A stretch of 64,000 nucleotides of DNA from Diadema antillarum (Eukaryota). The position numbers and the translations under genes were made by a program. The notes under the pieces were generated by a model, which worked only from the letters and a program-made list of their open reading frames with translations, had not been told where the DNA came from and did no database searches. Numbering within the stretch: position 1 is the stretch's first letter; every line of letters starts with the position of its first letter. The stretch spans positions 4,092,001-4,156,000 of the forward strand of contig NW_027271069.1 in assembly GCF_040938485.1 (NCBI RefSeq), read 5' to 3'. Shown in pieces: positions 37,079 through 49,600 of the stretch.

Positions 37079-39676
37079 GGGCAATTCCACGGTAACTCGC
37101 GTTACAAATAATGGGTACATTTTTGGGATAATGTGCCAATATCTTTGTAATTGGTAGGATCTACAAGTTACTTTTTTCATCATGGGTTAAGTAGACATAC
37201 ACCAACTAAATGAATCCAAAAAGAAAAATAAAGGACAAACATGTTGGGATTCTTGAATCATTTAATTTCGGTAACTCGCGTTACACAAAAAGGACATGGT
37301 CAATTCTATGAAGACCTCTTTTTGGAAAGTCTCCTCATACTAGACAATCTTGATAAAAGTTTTCCTACCTTGAATTGATAGTGGGTTAGGACTCATAAAT
37401 TAACAATATCAAAGTTGAGTAACAATGACCTGGAAAAATGTAGGGAGCCTTTATGTCGGTAACTCGCGTTACGGTAACTCGGGTTACATTATGTCCACTA
37501 ACACAGGGTGACACAAATTGATGACATACAATTGTTCTGATGGCACTGAATCTTGTGTTGAATAATCTGAGAGATGCTTATTTGTGTAGATAGTAAAACG
37601 AATAAATGTTAAACAAATATTTTACTAATAAACCCAATAGAAGAGTGTGTTTAAGACTAGTAAGAGCTTCACTCCTCATAGAGACCTTGAATATGTTTGA
37701 ATATATACTAGATGATATGGGTGTATTATTACATTGTAAGTTTCAGAGTGTAAAGATGAAAAATGTTGAAAGTCTTTTTAAAACAAAACATAAAAGTATC
37801 AAACCCTATATACAAGTTTACGAAACAGCTTACAATCTTTCAAAAATTCAAATCCTATCTTTGTGAGGAGTGAAAACTAGTACATTTCTTTGCAGCTGAT
37901 TGACAAAAAGACCAGTTCGTAATTCCACTTTGTGCATGAACAAAAAAAGATCATTTGTACGAACAGGCATTTTGGTTTGTAAATTCACTGACATTTAGCA
38001 TCTGTGATGCGATGATTATTCATGCGATCCTTATCTAAATGATGCTTGCCAGCACATCCACCTGACAGCAAGAATGGTATTTTGCAATATAAACGGAAAT
38101 AAGCTGTTACTGCATTCAATACAAAACAATGAAATGGATGCCTGCTAAATTATAAACTGATGGGAGTATTCTGATCCCCTGATCTAAATGCAAGTTCATT
38201 CTTTTTTTGAACTGAAGTTCCATAAATTGTTATGTCATGCAAGCTTATACATTATGCTGCTTTGAAAACAAGTGAAGTGCCGAACCAACTGAGAAAAAAG
38301 AAAGGTCATTTGTACCAATGTGTACATGAGCTACAGTGTATACGAACTGGCTTATTACCCTACATCGACGTAAATAAGCACTGAATTGATCAGTGTTTTA
38401 GTAGTAGCCATGATAAAAAAGTCATGGGCGTACATACTCAAGCAGTATTCAAACTTACGACCTCCTGATCACCGGACCAGGTGTCATCTCCACTAGACCA
38501 CCGTGCTTTCGCCCGACAGCAAGTAGTGCTGGTTCTAATCCTTATAACATGCAGTGGGTACTGCGTAATTATTCAAATTCATGAAATTCTTCCGTTGAGA
38601 TGTTTTCATTGCAACTGATTGACAAATTGCCCTACATCAACGTTAATAAGCTCACTGAATTGATCAGTGTTTTATTAGTAGCCATGATAAAAAATCATGG
38701 GCATACATACTTGAGCAGGATTCGAACCCACAACCTCCTGATCTCCGGACAGGTGTCATCTTCAGTAAACCACCGAACAAGGATTAGAACCAACACTTCC
38801 TGTGCTTTATAGCATTCTGTAATAAAAATTCTGTAATACTGATGCAGGAAATTCAAAAGATAAATCTAATGGTCTCATTCACTGCTGGATAAATGTACAC
38901 ATGCAGTGAAAGCCAGGCTAGACTCTTCAATGTGGCATGTGATCAGTGGCCTTGATGCTAATCACAGTTTATTAGGCTACCCTCCTTTGTTTCAGTCAAG
39001 CATAGTGTGTATAGCACTGCATTTGATTGTTTTCACCACAATCTAGCTCAATTAAGTGCTAAAATTTGCTTATGTTGGGGGAAACTTGTGTTTATAGTTG
39101 GTAACTCGCGTTACATGCCGGTAACTCGCGTTACATGGTAACTCGCGTTACACTTTTCATTGACATTTTTTAATGTGATAACAGTGTTTATTCAAGTCAA
39201 CATCCTGTGTACAGTATCAGGGTGTGATGAATTTAGAAAATTATGATTCCCAACAAATTACCTCCACTGCTTCCTTCAGAATGAAAAATATTTCTTGTTT
39301 CGGTAACTCGCGTTACATGGCTCAAGGGCTGAACTTTCATGTGGTGATTAGAATTTTTTGAAGGTGGCATAAAAATTTCCTCATGGGAGACTGAAGTAGA
39401 ACCAATTTGCTTCTTTAAAATGAATTAATTGAAGTGCTAGCAGAATTTTTCTATTAAAAAAAGTTATATCAAGTTAAGCATGCATTTTAGCAATTTGGAT
39501 GACAGAAAAATTGTCTTCAACATTTGTAGCTGTTTCTCGGGAAATATTTGACCGATTGATATAATTCTTTGAGTTTCTTTAACTTCAATATATGGGTAAT
39601 ACATAATGAGTAATTCTTTTGCAATATGATAAAGTTGAAATTTTAGTGCCATGTCCACATTCCCATGGAATTGCCC
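37079..39676. mobile_element. Nested non-autonomous Sola2-type element
   Basis: TIR gggcaattcca / tggaattgccc with 4-bp TSD CCAT (37075-78, 39677-80) and a GRG terminus. Eight internal copies of ggtaactcgcgttac. Confidence 0.75.
38358..38775 (-). mobile_element. Two tandem tRNA-derived SINE copies
   Basis: The minus strand reads cggtggtctagtggagatgacacc..ggaggtcgtaagtttgaatac and ..ggaggttgtgggttcgaatcc (A/B-box-like), each followed by the same body as 3121-3235. Confidence 0.7.
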
Positions 39677-39683
39677 CCATGCA

Positions 39684-40090
39684 TACCAGACCACATTCCT
39701 AAGAGGACATCAATCGCTTTTTAGTATTAAAATTAGCAACATAAATTTCTTCATTTCTAAGTCAATTCTACGAAAATGTATGCTTTGTGTATACAATATG
39801 GCATAAAAACATTTGGCAATCCTTTCCAATCGAAAAAGTTGCCAATTTGCACCTACAACAGTGTATAGAATTATGTTGCCAATTTAAGGATTTGCAGCTT
39901 ATTTTGCCTTTAGATAATTCCTGCAAGCTATTTCAACATATTTTGCCCGTGACAAAAGGGGATAATATTTTGCAGCATTGGTTATTTCATTTGGTACATA
40001 ATTCATAATTTTTAAAGAAAAAAATAATCAAGAGTTACGCATAGATAATACATGTATATTGTACGAGAAAATTTTGAATGTGGTCTGGTA
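39684..40090. mobile_element. MITE
   Basis: 15-bp inverted ends taccagaccacattc / gaatgtggtctggta. Confidence 0.65.
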
Positions 40091-42704
40091 CTAAGCACAG
40101 AGATAGTTTTGGGAATGAAAAACAGAAAATAAAATAGAACTTGCTCTTTATATCTTAAGACATTCTCGCAAGTGTTTCTAAATAATTTTCACGCTTTGAA
40201 CAAATATTAGACTAACGATTTATTCATAGTTACACCTTGTAAACTATAGCTGATAATGTGCATGTATTCATTCGAATGCCCTCGAGACCATTCTTAAATA
40301 ACTCACATAAATTATTTAGAAATTAATGAAGAAATTTAGAGCAATTACTACTGCTCAATGACTTGGCACAATGATCATGATCAAAATTAATACTACAATT
40401 TTTTGAGAAGTATTTTTCAAAGGTTTTCAGATTTATCAAAGCTATCTTTGTGCTTTAATGGTCTAATGTAGCTGACCAATGAAATACCAACAATGAAATC
40501 AAATCAAACACCATGTATGTTCAAATGAGTTTATTATATATATATATATATATATACAGCCAATTAACATTTAAATTGCGGCATCGGTCTACCTGACATG
40601 ACACTTTTAAGCTATATATTCAAAATTTGAAGTCGATAAGTCACGCGAAATTCAAATAATACACATAAACAATACATGATTGATAGTTCTTGCTCAGACA
40701 ATTGACATGTTTATTTGTTGAAATAATAGGTTTCTGCGTATAATTTGAAAAAAAAACAAATGTTGAACATATTATTCATTATTGTAGAAGATGTTTTGGA
40801 AAATATTGTAATAATATGGTAAAAATAAGGACTTCACACATCATTACATAATTACAAATAGGGACTGTAATACAGACTAATATTTGTTTCGAGGTATGAA
40901 AAAAGGTCGTTTGAAATTTAACGGCATAATGTTTTGCGTGTATACATCAAGATTCCAAACGTGAAAGCTTCAGATTGTCTAAAATTACATTTTAATCAAC
41001 TTACGATGTTGCATAGCTATTCAAGGAACGAACCATCTTTAAGGCAGTTAATACAATTAAATTCATTTTATTTATTTTCTCAAAGTTACCTCATTTTTCC
41101 ACAAAATGACCTCTGTGACCTTTGACCTTTAACCCAATGACCCCAAAATCGAACCAAAGTATTATTCCCCCCCCCCCCCCCCCATATACCCTCATACTAA
41201 GTTTGATGTCAAACCATCACGGTTCTTGAGATATTGAAAAAAACAAAATGGGACGGACATACGCACGGATGGACGACCCGAAAACATAACGCCTGCGGCC
41301 ACTTCGTTGGCGGAGGCATAAAATATGAAACAATGCTAAATATCAAAATATTATTCACTTTCTTGTTCATGCTGTGCAGATATAGTTACGAAAGTGAAAT
41401 CGACAATTAGATTAATACATTTCGAATAATACACAGTGTTGCATCTATGCAGGACTTGTGATGACATTCTGCCAGGTATATACTCGCGTCTCTAACTATG
41501 ATACTTTTTCAAAACTTGTTGACATTTTTTTACTGTTCTTGCCTTTATTTACATTAATATGAATTCATGCTCTCCTTGCTGTCATTGCATCGCAGAATAT
41601 CCAAATGCTAATCACAATTATTAGTTATGTTGTGAAAGTAGTCTAAGAAAGTGAAATCGTGGCATTTCAAATTGCAACTTAGAAATCAATTTTCAAACAA
41701 CACATTTGTAATTTTGCAGGGCATGTCACATTCTTCCAATACTTACATTTCAAAAAATAAAGATAATGGTGTAAATTAAGCATAAATTTTCTTCACTTTG
41801 GGCGAAAAACCCCATATCTCATCAAGTTCATCGGAATATTTTGAAATACAAGAAGACATGTATTCAAATTTCCCAAGGTTTGAGGATTTGCAGATTCGAT
41901 TCAATTCGTTTTGTAATTTATTATGATACAATTGTCACACAAGCACACATTATACCAGGTATTTCTGTAATTATTGTTAGTGTCCTTATTTGCACTTAAT
42001 TTTGAATATTTCGAATTACCAATGGAAAAACAGAATTCCTAGAATACATTTTAATTTATCCAAAAATGTGTACATACTTACTGTATTTTGTAAGTACAGG
42101 CCTACGTGTTCAATCTAAGTAATGTCCAAGTCCAAGTCATTGCATTCTCCCTTCAATGTGGTGCCCTAGTTGGGCAAAACGAAGTAAGCGACAAAAGTGA
42201 TACTCCTTGTAATGACCAAAATGTGTCTCAAATTTGCAAGGGCATCAATGGAATATCACAATGTATAACCTATTATATCTCTGAGCAAGGTGAGTGTTTG
42301 TGCATTAAATTTGACTTGGAAGAAGAGCACATTAGGTGTAATATAAAAACGTCAATTACTCAAATTTGGATGGTATGTCTCTTGATTCCTTTTACCAAAG
42401 TAAGGCAGTATGAAATCTAAAGTTCCATTCCATATGCTAATAGGCTCTAATGCAGACATCAGGTTGGCTCATGTTATATACTGTATGTGTATCTCCGCCT
42501 TAAAGTTAGAAAGTCCTTTTGCAGACTTCCCTAAATACACCAAACACTGTATACAACTAATGATACTAGTATTTGGATCATGTCTGTGAAATGTCAAAGT
42601 CGCAAGATGTGTAGAATTCAAACGATGCACAAGAGTACTACAGCTGTATATGTATTTGTACTGTCGTCTGTGTTCAAGCCACAACAGTAGGCCTACAATA
42701 TGAT

Positions 42705-44468
42705 TCACTGTTCGGATGTTTGATGCATGTGTCCATCATTTTCCTCCTCCTCGGATTCATCACTCTGAGACTGTTGTACCTCTGTCGTGAGGTTTTCATA
42801 GTAGCTGTGATACATCGATGGGATAATGTTGTCCTTGCACAAACTAAGCAAATCTTGCTTCTTTTCCCTTGAGAGGGCGAGATGTTGCTTGTACAACAGA
42901 GGCAGACGCATGTCATTTCTTCGACTTGAGCCCGAGACGCGAACTTCTACGAAGTCTTCGTTGAAATCATACTTTATTTTGATGACAGAGGGGTCTGTCC
43001 TCTGTACGCGGATCTGACGAATTTTCAACCAGTTGACGGGATTGCCAGCCCTGTCCTTCTTCATGTACTTCACACAGGGTGTTGTCAACTGACGCAGATC
43101 AAGGAAGTCCTCTTTCGTCATGTGGGTAACTTCATACCGATTCCTGTTCCTTGCTGTTTGAATAACTGGTATCCACTGGTCGGGGTGATGGATTGTCACT
43201 CCCCTTTTGTTCCTTTCGATGCAGGAATGCATCGCGTCACATTCCATTTGAGTATGTCCGCTGATCAAGAATTTATGGTCAATGATGGCAACATTAGTGT
43301 GCAGAACTGCATATAGCAAAGTGCAAGCTATAATTCTGTTCCGATTTTGGCCTCCACAGCAGTCAGAAAAGAAACTTATGTGTGTGGTATCAGGATCAAG
43401 TGACTGCATGAACTTTAAGAGGCATGAGCCAATCTCACATGCTCCCCGCTTCGCTGTAGTCTCATGCCAGACAAAGCAATTTCCACATGCAGTAGCCTGG
43501 TTGTATACAGTGAAATTATACGTAGACATTTTCCGCTTGTAATAGAACGAAGATGTCTGGCCATAGGGTGTAGTCAAGACCTGTTGAAGATCAAAAGTAA
43601 AGGAGCTAAAGATTGGATCGATCTTTGCTCGTTCCTTGTCTCTTTGTTTCTCTTCTCTTGCACTTTCCTTTTCAGCAATGTGTTTCTTGTAGTTCTGCTC
43701 TTTAACTTCCCTTTCTTCCGGAGTTGAATTATTGAATGAAGCACATGTGTTACATTCATCTTTCTTCGGATGATGAAATCCCAAATTATATTGGGAATTG
43801 AAAATGTTTCTATACACTGCGAAGGAAACTGGTTTCGATACAGACGATTCGTACATTGCGTACATCTTGGAAACGCTTAAAGAAGGGTCCAGATATTTCC
43901 TTTTTGAAGACGCACGACAGTAATGTGATTCAACAACAGGAAATGAATCAATGTGTTCACATACTTTTTTAACATCTTCTTCTGAAGTTTTGTTCACTGA
44001 CGGTAACTTTCCCCTCCTGTCTTCTCGTGCAAACGGGCCTTCATACTTCTTCAATGTATACTCAATAAGCTTGGAACCAATTCCCAAAGTACTGAGAAAG
44101 AAATGTTTGCACACTCGTTCCCTTTGTGATGTGAGCGGGAGATGGTATTTGTACATGTGACGCACTCGCTTCTGACTTTTTCTCTTTTTTCTAGGTATTG
44201 CTTTGGACCGAGAAATATGGTGATGAATAAAATCTCGCTGACGGGTGTAGGAGCCCGTTTTCCAGTAATCCTCAAACAATGTTTTCCTGTCTTCATCAGA
44301 GAACTTAGAGAAGCACTTATGGGGACATTTTGTGTTACACTTCTTTCCTATCTTTCTGGCAGGGATTGTTTTATTACGTACAACATATTCCTCTCCCCGA
44401 TTACGTTTTCTTGACTGCTGTCTTTTCTTCCATTCTTCTGGATTCCGTTTTCTCTTCCTCCCACGTTT
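42705..44468 (-). CDS. Sola-like DDD transposase catalytic exon (587 aa to stop)
   Basis: Uninterrupted frame after the acceptor tatttcAG|AAA. Motifs VCKHFFLSTL, ESHYCR, PKKDECNTC, FDLQQVL (D), SDCCGGQNRN (D) and GHTQMECDAMH (D). The superfamily call comes from motif recall, not a search. Confidence 0.88.
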   Translation of the reverse strand, partial: KRGRKRKRNPEEWKKRQQSRKRNRGEEYVVRNKTIPARKIGKKCNTKCPHKCFSKFSDEDRKTLFEDYWKTGSYTRQRDFIHHHISRSKAIPRKKRKSQKRVRHMYKYHLPLTSQRERVCKHFFLSTLGIGSKLIEYTLKKYEGPFAREDRRGKLPSVNKTSEEDVKKVCEHIDSFPVVESHYCRASSKRKYLDPSLSVSKMYAMYESSVSKPVSFAVYRNIFNSQYNLGFHHPKKDECNTCASFNNSTPEEREVKEQNYKKHIAEKESAREEKQRDKERAKIDPIFSSFTFDLQQVLTTPYGQTSSFYYKRKMSTYNFTVYNQATACGNCFVWHETTAKRGACEIGSCLLKFMQSLDPDTTHISFFSDCCGGQNRNRIIACTLLYAVLHTNVAIIDHKFLISGHTQMECDAMHSCIERNKRGVTIHHPDQWIPVIQTARNRNRYEVTHMTKEDFLDLRQLTTPCVKYMKKDRAGNPVNWLKIRQIRVQRTDPSVIKIKYDFNEDFVEVRVSGSSRRNDMRLPLLYKQHLALSREKKQDLLSLCKDNIIPSMYHSYYENLTTEVQQSQSDESEEEENDGHMHQTSEQ

Positions 44469-46598
44469 CTGAAATAGAAAATAACACATGATTAACTCTT
44501 TCTTTCTCCTTGCTACAAGTAGCACACAGAATGTAAAAAGGAAATTTGTTTCATAAGTTTATTGTAAAAAAGTGGGAATATACTGAAGGTTCAAAAATAA
44601 TCCACAGAAACATGTCAATATGCAAGTGAAAAGTCAATATTAGATATGGGCCATGTTTCGTGAATACAAAGGTACTGTCCTACACTGAACCGTTTAGCGT
44701 CTAAAAACGTATGCGTTTTTCAGCGAGTTTACAGACGTAAATTAGAGGTCGAAAAAACGGCACGAGGCAGTTCTCATATTAGTTTCCCTAAAATTCTGCA
44801 ACAGTAAGTAATAATGATAATAATGATTGATGAGATTTGTAATGCGGCAAATCCACTCTGTAGAATGCTCCACGCGAAAATAGAAGAGTAAGATAGAAAG
44901 TAAATTATTAATACAAGGCATGGGTAATCAAAAGGTAGCATTAAAGAAGTGAGTTTTAAACTACTTTTAAAGGACTCTGATGAAGAGCAAAGTTTATCTA
45001 ACTAAAAGGAGATTATTCCATACAGTGGAACCAGTCTGATCCTTGTGTGCCCCAAGTTGTAGCGAATTTTGGAATTTAGAATTTAGAAACTAAATTTCTG
45101 GCGCGTTTGCAATGGACTTGATTGTAAGCTATTGCAAGTCTGTAATTGAACTACAGTACATAACCCGTGTATGAAGAGCCAATCACACTTTCCGAAATAA
45201 GCAGTTACTAAGTGTAGATAATGATTTGACAGAGATTTTTGTTGTTGAAATACTGCTCATATTATCATAATTCATGACACCTTTTATATCATATAATCAC
45301 CTCAGACTGACTGTCTTGAACCTCGTGCATGTTATCTTCATGTTGGGTATGCTGACCCTCTTGATGCTCGAGGGAGTCACGGTCACCTTGATCTTGCTCC
45401 GTCTCATTTATTTCATCCTTCGAGTGATATATGGAGACAAGAAGCCAACGTAAGAGCATTATCTGAATATCTAACTGGACTCAGTAAAACAAAAAGAAAC
45501 AGAGAATACAAAAAGGGGGTTAAATTTTTAGCAAAGTTTTCATTAGCCTTTCAAAAGCTTTGAAGGTGCCTGTGATGACATGTTAATAGTTTTAACTGAA
45601 AGCCCATGCTGTCTTCAGGGAACTATGTTATAAATTCACAAATCTATGAATTAAGAATAAAAAATATCGCTTTTATTCAAAACACGGGAAGAGGCTGCTA
45701 TCGTTCTGCCTGGCTAAATTTGAAGGAGCTTAGTCAATTGCCGTTATGCCATCAGGAGAAATAAGCAAAATGCTAGTACAAGCACAATTGATATGATTGT
45801 TTTAATAAGTTTGTGATTTAGAGGACTTATTGATAAGGAGAGCCTTAAAGACATTATGTCCCTTTTGCATTGAATTTGTGTATACAATTGGTGTAAAACA
45901 ATAAGGTATATAATGAAGAAGACACTGTTACAAAAACCTTTGTGTAGTTTTTAGACCTGTAGGGTCTTCATTTGTGAAGTACAAACTACCGTTATAATTT
46001 GAATTTATTTTTTCGAACCTCGAAAAAATATATTAGTCTCTGACACAGTCCTTTTTAATTACTTTTTACAAAATATTGAATAATGTCTTCTATAATGTAC
46101 ATTATGTTCATAATGTGTTTTGTAATTTAAATTACACACAGATAACTATTATTTCAAGAAACAAAACTTCCAAGTGTCTGAGCAAGACTATCTCTCATGC
46201 ACTGTTTACGTGCATTATTTGAATTTTACATGATTTAACTATTTCACATTTTGAATATACAACCTGCCCACCATGCTCTAGGGTTTACAGATGTTTGGAT
46301 GGTTTTCTGCTGATCTGCAAAAAGGACGATATGTCTTTAATTGTGTGATTGCTTGTTGTCACACTGATTTATATTTGAAAGAGAAGAAAAAAATCCGTAT
46401 TACCTTCTGCTGTTCAGCATCATCAAGGTTAAGTGAGACCTCCGGGTCTGGCTGCTCACGGTCGCTTCGCTCTCGCTCGAAGTCTGCATGGTTAAGTGAG
46501 ACCTCCGGATCTTGCTGCTCACGGTCGCTTCGCTCTCGCTCGAAGTCTGCATGGTTAAGTGAGACCTCTGGATCTTGCTGCTACAGTCTGTAACATCC

Positions 46599-46635
<37 letters not shown>

Positions 46636-49600
46636 ATCAAACAGAAATTTAATTCTCATAAAGAACTAAACGCAATTTCAATTATCTATAATTAGTACGA
46701 GTCACACACAATGCATCAAAACATATCTGGTTTCAATTCCGACACTATTTCCGTTTACATGTGAACGAAGTGTTGAAGATTTCTTGTTTAGTTCTTATGC
46801 TATCTGCATTAGTTTGTTCGCAAGAAGAAATCAATATTAGAAATATTAGTTCATTTCCATTGACTTAAGTTTTTGTTTGATTTTGATTACAACATAGAAA
46901 CATTAGAAATAATCATATGTTGTGGTACAGTCTCTGAAGAATTAGAATAAATATTGACTGGCAATGTTTATCACATTCAAGTTCATGTATGCATGTGTAT
47001 ATTGAATAACGAGCTCCAAGCTTACTGTAAGTCACCATGACAATATTTTTTATGAGAAGTTCATGAAAATAACAATAGTATGTCAAGGTCTGTCTACTAT
47101 GTCAAGTATGTGAAACCTCACGCGGAATTATTGGTGAACTGTTAGTATTTAGTTTCTTTTTGATATTTTTAAATTAAAGCTTAGACTTAACGTGCTAACT
47201 CTTACCTCCCAAGCTTTGCCATCGTGACAACTGCAAGGATCCTTTGCGACAAAATGTTCATAGCAGATCAGCTTCCAACATGTCATACATTCCTGGTAAA
47301 CTTCACGAGTACATCCTCTATTACAACAGAACATAGGTAGGCCCTGTTGCAGTTCATACAACGACTCAGGAAATGCTTGACTTATATCCAAGAAAGTACC
47401 TAAAATGGAAAACAAGTTAACACTCGTTGCCGAATTCCAATCACTTTAACTTTTCATTTATATTTCCATTCAATTGATCAAATGCCTCTTTTTAGTAAAA
47501 CAACTAATTACTTTGAATGATTCCAAACACATTATCAAATGTCAGTTGCCTTATTGCTCACTTGTGTTTAAAGGGGGCGTGGCTCATTTCCATTTTGGAG
47601 ATGGCTTACTTCAAGTCTTCGACAACAGATTCATTTTCATGTTTTCACACTAATGAAATTATAACCTCTTCGCCCGATATGTTAGAGAGGACTTGTATGT
47701 TGTTTTATCTTACACTTTCAAATCAATATTCCCTTATGACCATGAATTAGGTAATTACGTAGAATGTGACAGCCAACATTGTTTTAACTAACTGTTACCA
47801 ACTCATGGCTTAAGTAATACATAAAATTATATTTCACACAAATAATACCCCACCGTCGTTACCAAGAAAAATGGGGTAGCACTGGAAAATGACATATGCC
47901 ACTTATTCATATTAATTCACTTCCAAAATTTTAATAAGATTTTGTTGTTGATATTATAACCATGTGATATTTATTTAACTGTAAGAACGTATACATGAAT
48001 TCTGTATCGTGTCTGCTTTGCTATCCTGCTCCTTAATTCAGTTTCCGGACTGCATACAATAATAATTTTATTTCACTAGGGTTTGCAGACTTGACATCGA
48101 ATGGATGGTCATAAATGGAATTTAACAAAATTGTAGATGAATTACCCGAACTTGTGTCGATTTTGTTTTCTTTTAAGACACATACTGTCATACAGTCCCA
48201 TTTGTAAATGCAATAATATATAATTTCTATTCAAGCAACCTGACCAGTTAAATTCAAGCCATTTACATTTCTCTAATTCCCATAAACTCTGGCACATGCC
48301 CATAAAACGGCTGTGCGTTCTGCCAATAATAATTTCTTATCATATATATCCACTATTGATCTTTCATTCAGGCTATTCGCAAAGTATATGTTGGTTGACA
48401 ATTCTTAATCTTAATTGAGTACCTTTTGGGGTCAATTCTGGTAGAGATGACTCATCTCCACCATCCTCGTCATTAGTATCTGTTCCCACCGCTTCCTCAA
48501 TAGAGTCTCCAGAAAATTGCATGGGCTCAGTGGCCTGGTAAATGTGGTCCATTCCTTTAAAAAAATGTTACAGAAAACTCTAGCATTTAGTTCATGTTTC
48601 CTTTTCAACAAATTATGATAAAAGCAATTGGATAGGTTTCACGAAGTGCTAGCAATTTGTTATCATACGCACTGCTGCTAATTAAGGGGCTTTCACAATC
48701 GGTCATGTGATCGCTTGCGATTGCTTGCGATCCTGTACAAAGTATACTATCAAGAAATAATGGCAATAGCGATCGCACAACCAATTGTGAAAGCCCCTTT
48801 CCCCAGACAAAAGGGGTAGCCATCGAAAAATTACATGTGCCACTTATTTCCTTTCATTGTCTTTCAAAATGTGAACAATATTTTGTTGGTGATATCATAA
48901 CCATGTGATATTTATTCCAACTGTAAGAACGTATACATGAATTCTTTATCGTGTCTGCTTGGCTATCTTGCTCCTTAATTCAGTTTCCAGACTCCATACA
49001 ATAATCACATTTATATCACTAGGGTTTGCAGATTTGACATCGAATGGATCATCATAAATGGAATCTAACAAAATTGTAGATGAATTACCCGAACTTGTGT
49101 CAATTATATTTTCTTGTCAAGACATATACTGTCATACAGGCCTATTTGTAAATGAAATAGATATATAATTTCTATTCAAGCAGCATGACAAGTTGAATTC
49201 AAGCCATTTACATTTATCTAATTCCCGGAACTCTGGCATATGCTTGTGAAACGGTTGTGCTTCTGTCAATAATAATTTCTGAACATCGTATATCCACTCT
49301 TAATCTCTCATTCAGGCTATTCGCAAGTTATATGTTGGTTAACATTTCTTAATCTTAATTGAGTACCTTTTGGGGTCAATTCTGGTAGAGGTGACTTATC
49401 TCCACCATCCTTGTCATTGGCTGTTCCCACTGATTTCTCAATTGAGTCTTCAGAAAGTTGCATGGGCTCAGTGGCCTGGTTAATGTCATCCATTCCTTAA
49501 AAAAAAAATGTTACAGAAAACTCTAGCATTTAGTTCATGTTTCCTCTTAAGTATATTATAATACAAGCAATTGGATAGGTTTGACCAAGTGCTAGTCATT

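Noticed and set aside
38430-38775. tRNA genes
   Set aside because: A/B-box-like motifs are present but no full cloverleaf. They are joined to a repeated body, so they are SINE heads.
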